Made by a program: the position numbers and the translations under genes. From NCBI RefSeq assembly GCF_055900595.2, contig NZ_CM148325.1: 64,000 nt of DNA, one strand, 5' to 3'. Under the pieces are notes generated by a model. It was given only the letters and a program-made list of their open reading frames with translations, was not told the origin of the DNA and searched no databases. Within the stretch, counting starts at the first letter, position 1; every line of letters starts with the position of its first letter. Positions 56,937 through 64,000 of this stretch are shown here, piece after piece.

Positions 56937-59900
56937 TTAGTCAAACGGCGGTGGGGCCAGCACTTCACGATTACCGTTGTGCCCCTGTTCGCTGACAATC
57001 CCTTGCGCTTCCATCTGTTCGATAATACGCGCTGCACGGTTATAACCAATGCGGAACTGACGCTGTACGCCTGAAATTGACGCTTTGCGTTTTTCAATGA
57101 CAAACTGCACCGCCTGATCGAACAACGGATCCAATTCTTCAGCGCCATCGAAACCACCCGCACCACCTTCGCTTTCGCTGTCGGAGGTGATGCCGTCAAC
57201 ATACTGTGGGCGACCACGCGCTTTCCAGTCCTGCACCACGGCATGAACTTCCTGATCGCGAACAAAAGCACCATGAACACGTACCGGCAACGTGGAGTTC
57301 GGCCCAGAGTAAAGCATATCCCCCATACCCAGCAGTGATTCCGCGCCAGCCTGATCAAGAATGGTACGGGAGTCAATCTTGCTGGAAACGGTAAAGGCAA
57401 TACGGGTCGGAATATTCGCTTTAATCAGACCAGTAATAACATCAACCGATGGACGCTGCGTTGCCAGTACGAGGTGGATACCTGCAGCACGGGCTTTTTG
57501 CGCCAGACGTGCTATCAGCTCTTCCACTTTTTTACCTACCGTCATCATCAGGTCGGCAAATTCGTCCACCAACACCACAATGTACGGTTCTTTTTTCAGC
57601 ACCGGATGCTGGGCATCCATACTGTCACCCGGCTTCCAGTACGGGTCTGGAATCGGACGCATCATGCGATCGGCTTCAGCAATTTTTTCGTTATAACCCG
57701 CCAGATTACGCACACCCAGTGCAGACATCAGTTTATAACGACGCTCCATCTCGTTAACACACCAGCGCAGCGCGTTGGCGGCATCTTTCATATCGGTAAC
57801 AACTTCCGTTAACAGGTGCGGAATGCCTTCATAAACCGAAAGCTCCAGCATTTTCGGGTCGATCATGATGAAACGCACATCTTCTGGCTGTGCTTTATAA
57901 AGCATGCTCAGGATCATCGCGTTCACACCGACAGATTTACCGGAACCGGTAGTCCCCGCAACCAACAAGTGCGGCATCTTCGCCAGATCGGCAACCACCG
58001 GCTCACCGGCGATATCTTTACCCAGCACCACGGTTAATGGCGACGGATTATCGCGGAATTTGGCGTTATCCAAAACTTCGCGCAGATAAACGGTTTGTCG
58101 TTTTTTATTCGGTAACTCCAGACCTACATAAGGTTTGCCAGGAATAACTTCAACGACACGCACCGCGACCGTCGAAAGTGAACGGGCAAGGTCACGAGAC
58201 AAGTTAGAAATGCGCGCCGCTTTTACGCCCGGTGCCAGATTCAATTCAAAGCGAGTGATAACCGGTCCCGGAGAGTAATTGACGACATCGGCTTTAATAC
58301 GGAAATCAGCCAGACGCGCTTCCACCAGACGCGCCATTTGTTCAAGCGCAAAGGTATCTACCGGTTCCACTTCGCTCGGTGGCGGTGTCAGCAAATCCAG
58401 AGAAGGCAGCGGCGTCGTCGGTTTATGCAACGGACGGCTGTCGCCATTACGCATCAACAGCGGATGAAGCAGGGTATCCTGCGGCTGCGGCGCAACCGGT
58501 TGTTGTGGCTGCTGATACTGCGGCTGCGGCGCAACTGGCTGTTGCGGCTGCTGATATTGCTGCTGTGGTGCAACCGGCTGTTGCGGCTGCTGATATTGCT
58601 GCTGCGGTGCAACCGGTTGTTGTGGCTGCTGATATTGCTGCTGCGGCGCTACCGGTTGTTGTGGCTGCTGGTATTGCTGCTGCGGCGCTATCGGTTGTTG
58701 CGGCTGCTGATACTGCGCCTGTGGCACTACCGGTTGTTGCGGCTGCTGTACAGGTTCAACAATTGGCGTAAACAGCGGTTCGTGTGGCCCATCATCCAGC
58801 AAAGCTTTCATTGGCGAAAATTCGAAATCATCCAGCGAGAACGGATTCGCCCCAGCCGGTTGTTCGCCCGAATAACGTTGCTGTTGAGTTTGAGCAAACT
58901 GACGAGCCAGTTCTGCCTCTGCTGCAGCATCTGTATCTTCTGCGTTGACTGGCACATCATGTTGATACTGTTCGCCATAGCGTTGCTGCTGCGTCTGGGC
59001 GAACTGACGCGCCAGTTCATCCTGCTGCATCGCATCGATTTCATCATCGTTATACTGATCGCCGGAATCGTACTGATTGCGCTGGGCTTCACGGGCTTTT
59101 TCTTCTGCTGCACGCTGTGAGGGCAGCTTAATGCCATATGACGCCAGTTCACGACGAGTTGGCACCCGGATACGTTTCGGTCGTGGCAACTGCGGGCCAA
59201 TCCCCTCTTTAACCTGCGGACGCGGTCCACCGCTATTTGCCAGACTGAAGACTGGTGCGGCAACGGTTGCGGCAGCCCCCGTCGCCAATGTCGCTTTTTT
59301 CACGCCAGATGCCAGCGGAGAAACAGCGGCAGCGGCTTCTACTGGAGGTACTGCTGTAACAGAAGGTGCTTTCAGCGATGATTTAATCGGTTCTGGTTCT
59401 TTAACCGGTTCAGGAATCGGTTGATACCAGGCCGCAAGTTGTTCACGTTCACGGGCACGCTTCTCTTCCACTTCTTCAAAATAGTAAAGCGGCGGACGTG
59501 CGGGTTTTGTCTCTTCTACAACGGGTTCAGGCTCCGCAACAGGCTGCTGTTCAACGGATTGCGGCTGTTGGTATAACGGTTCTTGAGCGGCTGGCTGCTG
59601 ATAAGTTTGCTCCGTCTGGTATGTAGACTGTGGAGCAAAAGTGGATTGCTGCTCTTCGGCTTGCCAGGCGTTACCTGCCACCGGTTGTTCTGGCGCAGGG
59701 GCGTAATACGGCTGTTGCGCAGACTGTTCCGGCGCAGGAGCGTAGTAAGGTTGTTGCACAGGCTGTTCAGCTGCAGGCGCATAATACGGCTGCTGTGGCT
59801 GTACAGGTTGTTGCAGCGGCTCATTATATTGCACTGCAGGCTGCGCATATTGTGGCTGCTGAGGGTAACCTTCCGGTGCAGGAGCAATAACCGGCTCTCC

Positions 59901-61004
59901 CGTTTGTGGCCCCGGTACAGGCTGCCAGGCTACTGTAGGTTGCGCAGGTGGAACATCAACAGAGGCAACTGGCGGCGTCTGAGTCACAGGTTCAACCGGT
60001 GCAGCCCAGCTTTGTGTCGCCGTGGTAGCAGCAGCTGCTACAGCAACAGGTTCGGTAATTGGCGCACCGTTTAATAATGGATCGTATTCGTCATATTCTG
60101 GCTGCGTTGCACGATTGCCCGAAAAGAGGACGTCGTCAGGGTCGGCAGCCACACCGCGTGCAGTGTAGGTAATCTCTTCTTCATCATCCATCCGCTTACC
60201 GGAGAACAACGCAGCATCTGTTTGCCGCCCCATCGGATTAATGAATTTTTCCGCCAGACGTTTACGACGTGCTAGCGCGCCGCGAAGAATACGGGCACGG
60301 CGCGATTCATGCTGTTTGCCGCGATTTTCATCTTCATATTCTTCGTCGTCTTCATACTCATCTTCATCGACCCAGGTATCATCGCGACGGGTACGATTAC
60401 TGGCGAAGGTGAGAATGTTTAAAATCCAGCCGCCGAGTTTTTCAGCAATGGTCACCCATGACCAACCGGTGAACAGCGTCAGGCCCGCTGCCCAAACGCA
60501 GAGCAGCGCAATAGTTCCCCCGCTACTGTGTAGCAGTGGTTGTAGCGTAGTGCTTAGTAAGCTGCCGATGACGCCACCAGAGGCAAAATACCAGATATCG
60601 TCAGCGTTGATTGCCGCCAGACCACAAGAGGTAAGGATGAGCGCCAAAACGCCAATGATGCGTAGCGAAACGGCAAAATAATCAATGTATTCGTCACTGG
60701 ACTGATGACGCCAGGCAAACCAACAGCCGCCGACGATAATGACGGGAATGGTGTAAGCCATCACGCCAAAAATAAAGAACAGCGTATCTGCCAGCCACGC
60801 ACCGGGCATTCCACCTAAATTATGGATAGGCTCATGCCAGGCCGTTTGCGACCAGCTGGGGTCCGAAGGGTTAAAGCTTAGTAAGGCAGCCATCAACCAG
60901 ACGGCAAACAGGACAATAAGGATCAGCAACGCCTCCAGAAGGCGGCGGCCGCTACTTAACTTTGTCAATGTGACTTCTTTGTCTTCAGTGTATTCCTGGC
61001 TCAA
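56937..61004 (-). CDS. ftsK: DNA translocase FtsK
   Basis: 1355 aa; N-terminal TM domain, Pro/Gln-rich linker with tandem repeats, C-terminal motor with Walker A (GTTGSGKS). Confidence 0.95.
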   Translation of the reverse strand: MSQEYTEDKEVTLTKLSSGRRLLEALLILIVLFAVWLMAALLSFNPSDPSWSQTAWHEPIHNLGGMPGAWLADTLFFIFGVMAYTIPVIIVGGCWFAWRHQSSDEYIDYFAVSLRIIGVLALILTSCGLAAINADDIWYFASGGVIGSLLSTTLQPLLHSSGGTIALLCVWAAGLTLFTGWSWVTIAEKLGGWILNILTFASNRTRRDDTWVDEDEYEDDEEYEDENRGKQHESRRARILRGALARRKRLAEKFINPMGRQTDAALFSGKRMDDEEEITYTARGVAADPDDVLFSGNRATQPEYDEYDPLLNGAPITEPVAVAAAATTATQSWAAPVEPVTQTPPVASVDVPPAQPTVAWQPVPGPQTGEPVIAPAPEGYPQQPQYAQPAVQYNEPLQQPVQPQQPYYAPAAEQPVQQPYYAPAPEQSAQQPYYAPAPEQPVAGNAWQAEEQQSTFAPQSTYQTEQTYQQPAAQEPLYQQPQSVEQQPVAEPEPVVEETKPARPPLYYFEEVEEKRAREREQLAAWYQPIPEPVKEPEPIKSSLKAPSVTAVPPVEAAAAVSPLASGVKKATLATGAAATVAAPVFSLANSGGPRPQVKEGIGPQLPRPKRIRVPTRRELASYGIKLPSQRAAEEKAREAQRNQYDSGDQYNDDEIDAMQQDELARQFAQTQQQRYGEQYQHDVPVNAEDTDAAAEAELARQFAQTQQQRYSGEQPAGANPFSLDDFEFSPMKALLDDGPHEPLFTPIVEPVQQPQQPVVPQAQYQQPQQPIAPQQQYQQPQQPVAPQQQYQQPQQPVAPQQQYQQPQQPVAPQQQYQQPQQPVAPQPQYQQPQQPVAPQPQDTLLHPLLMRNGDSRPLHKPTTPLPSLDLLTPPPSEVEPVDTFALEQMARLVEARLADFRIKADVVNYSPGPVITRFELNLAPGVKAARISNLSRDLARSLSTVAVRVVEVIPGKPYVGLELPNKKRQTVYLREVLDNAKFRDNPSPLTVVLGKDIAGEPVVADLAKMPHLLVAGTTGSGKSVGVNAMILSMLYKAQPEDVRFIMIDPKMLELSVYEGIPHLLTEVVTDMKDAANALRWCVNEMERRYKLMSALGVRNLAGYNEKIAEADRMMRPIPDPYWKPGDSMDAQHPVLKKEPYIVVLVDEFADLMMTVGKKVEELIARLAQKARAAGIHLVLATQRPSVDVITGLIKANIPTRIAFTVSSKIDSRTILDQAGAESLLGMGDMLYSGPNSTLPVRVHGAFVRDQEVHAVVQDWKARGRPQYVDGITSDSESEGGAGGFDGAEELDPLFDQAVQFVIEKRKASISGVQRQFRIGYNRAARIIEQMEAQGIVSEQGHNGNREVLAPPPFD
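58478..58750. repeat. 39-bp tandem repeats (about 7 units) inside the ftsK linker
   Basis: repeating CTGCGGCTGCTGATATTGCTGCTGCGG units encoding [13 protein letters not shown]. Confidence 0.8.
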
Positions 61005-61137
61005 GAAAGGCTCTCCAGGTTACAGGCTTTTCCTGCCCGATGCTAAAACGGACAACAGTACCAGGTTACCCCAGTACTGTTGCTGTATGGATTAACAGGA
61101 GTGTAATCAAAATACGCCGATTTTGCACCTGTTCGTG

Positions 61138-61632
61138 TTAGCGCGTCTTAATAACCAGACGATTACTCTGCTTGACTTCTTCCATAACAACGTATGTCCG
61201 TGTGTCATTGACGCCAGGCAGACGCAGCAGGGTTTCCCCCAACAACTTACGGTAAGCTGACATATCCGGCACGCGTGTTTTCAACAGGTAGTCGAAATCA
61301 CCGGATACTAAATGACACTCCTGAATTTCTTCAAGTTTTTGTACAGCGGTATTGAATTGTTCAAACACATCCGGTGCGCCACGATTCAGAGTAATCTCAA
61401 CGAATACCAGAAGTGATGCATCCAGATAATGGGGGTTCAGCAGCGCTGTATAGCCCTGAATAAACCCTTGTCTTTCCAGCCGACGCACACGCTCAAGGCA
61501 CGGCGTTGGGGAAAGTCCCACACGTTTAGAAAGCTCGACGTTAGAAATACGCCCATCCTTTTGCAACTCATTAAGAATGTTACGATCGATACGGTCGAGA
61601 TCTTTGCCAGGGCGCTTCTTGCTATCTACCAT
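61138..61632 (-). CDS. lrp: leucine-responsive regulatory protein
   Basis: 164 aa from MVDSKKRPGKDLDRIDRNILNELQKDGRISNVELSKRVGLS. Confidence 0.95.
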   Translation of the reverse strand: MVDSKKRPGKDLDRIDRNILNELQKDGRISNVELSKRVGLSPTPCLERVRRLERQGFIQGYTALLNPHYLDASLLVFVEITLNRGAPDVFEQFNTAVQKLEEIQECHLVSGDFDYLLKTRVPDMSAYRKLLGETLLRLPGVNDTRTYVVMEEVKQSNRLVIKTR

Positions 61633-62059
61633 TATTATTGTCTCTCTGTATTCCTTCCCTACTCCTGTCTGACCCTGAAACATCACTGTTCAGAGTCGCT
61701 ACCCGTCACGATAGACCGAAATCATTAAGATTCACGGCGCGCAATGCCTGGTCTACGGTGAGAAGACCGTTGCCTGGTGGCAGCTATCGACATCACGAAT
61801 GGCGTCTGTCCACGCCATACGTAGATTTCACTAGCACGGTAAACATGGTATTTACATGCATGGTTATGCGCATATAAGAATACTGTTTTTTTTCTTCCTC
61901 GAATGTTTTCGCAAAACACCAGGGGATTGTCAAAGCAAAACATCGATTTTTAGTACAACATGCCAGATATTCATTAACAGGGGCGTTTATTCATCATTTA
62001 ATCGGCTTATAACGCGGGAAATTTAAGTAGCAGAGGTGATAATGCCGGAGGGAGTTTGA

Positions 62060-63142
<1,083 letters not shown>

Positions 63143-63170
63143 TTTTACAAATCAGTAACAAAAGTAAAGA

Positions 63171-63210
63171 AGGCGACACCATGCGACTATGGGTCGCCTT
63201 TATTTTTTCC
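63171..63210 (+). terminator. terminator after trxB
   Basis: GGCGACACC..GGTCGCC hairpin followed by TTTATTTTTT. Confidence 0.55.
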
Positions 63211-63264
63211 CCGTTGTAACATTGCTCTGCAAATAATTCTGATAACTCACCTGCTAAGCGTGCA

Positions 63265-64000
63265 ATGAATAAATCCCGTCAAAAAGAGTTAACCCGCTGG
63301 TTAAAACAGCAAAGCGTCATCTCCCAACGTTGGCTGAATATTTCTCGTCTACTGGGCTTTGTGAGCGGCATATTGATCATTGCCCAGGCCTGGTTCATGG
63401 CGCGAATTCTGCAACATATGATTATGGAGAATATTCCCCGTGAAGCCCTGCTGCTTCCCTTTACGTTACTGGTTCTGACCTTTGTACTGCGCGCATGGGT
63501 GGTCTGGTTACGAGAACGGGTGGGTTATCACGCCGGGCAGCATATCCGCTTTGCCATCCGACGTCAGGTTCTCGACCGTCTGCAACAAGCAGGGCCAGCG
63601 TGGATTCAGGGTAAACCGGCGGGGAGCTGGGCGACGCTGGTACTCGAGCAAATTGACGATATGCATGATTACTATGCGCGCTACCTGCCGCAAATGGCGC
63701 TGGCAGTGTCGGTGCCGTTGCTGATTGTGGTGGCTATCTTCCCCTCTAACTGGGCTGCGGCGCTCATTCTGCTGGGCACTGCTCCGTTAATTCCGTTGTT
63801 TATGGCGCTGGTTGGAATGGGGGCTGCCGATGCTAACCGACGTAACTTTCTCGCTCTTGCTCGCTTAAGTGGGCATTTTCTTGATCGCCTGCGCGGCATG
63901 GAAACATTGCGTATTTTTGGTCGTGGCGAAGCTGAAATTGAAAGTATTCGTTCTGCTTCGGAAGATTTCCGCCAACGGACAATGGAAGTGCTACGGCTGG
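63265..64000 (+). CDS. cydD: cysteine/glutathione ABC exporter CydD (5' part; continues past window end)
   Basis: MNKSRQKELTRWLKQQSVISQRWLNISRLLGF; ORF open to window edge. Confidence 0.85.
   Translation, partial: MNKSRQKELTRWLKQQSVISQRWLNISRLLGFVSGILIIAQAWFMARILQHMIMENIPREALLLPFTLLVLTFVLRAWVVWLRERVGYHAGQHIRFAIRRQVLDRLQQAGPAWIQGKPAGSWATLVLEQIDDMHDYYARYLPQMALAVSVPLLIVVAIFPSNWAAALILLGTAPLIPLFMALVGMGAADANRRNFLALARLSGHFLDRLRGMETLRIFGRGEAEIESIRSASEDFRQRTMEVLRL

Noticed and set aside
58338-59120. 260-aa plus-strand ORF with LLRLLILLL repeats inside ftsK
   Set aside because: Mirror image of the ftsK PQ-repeat linker on the opposite strand.

Overview
Enterobacterial (E. coli K-12-like) chromosome segment ycaO-focA-pflB-pflA-ycaK-ycaN-ycaM-ycaD-ycaC-dmsCBA // serS-rarA-lolA-ftsK-lrp-trxB-cydD, interrupted between dmsA and serS by a ~37.3 kb P2-like prophage (about 16092..53400) bounded by a 15-bp direct repeat (AAAAGCGCCCGCAGG). 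All assignments are from reading the translations and sequence by eye; no searches were run. The prophage has a P2-type layout (int, C repressor, early operon with replication gene A, portal and terminase, capsid, lysis cassette, baseplate, tail fibre, sheath/tube/tape-measure, D, ogr). Three things stand out: (1) the sheath-tube-E/E'-tape-measure-U block lies on the opposite strand to the flanking G and D genes, with a dyad TGT-N12-ACA motif in the divergent FI/D intergenic region; (2) a cargo cluster of translationally coupled small genes of unknown function sits between replication gene A and the portal gene, the position where P2 carries tin/old; (3) a 3.7 kb block between ogr and the serS-side att consists of decaying tandem repeats carrying a hok/mok-type type I toxin locus (one intact, one inactivated copy), a 71-aa protein gene with a palindromic operator (one intact, two decayed copies), nine copies of one terminator hairpin and four ~170-bp structured modules. 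Items 2 and 3 are the best candidates for an undescribed accessory or defence system; their function is inferred, not demonstrated.
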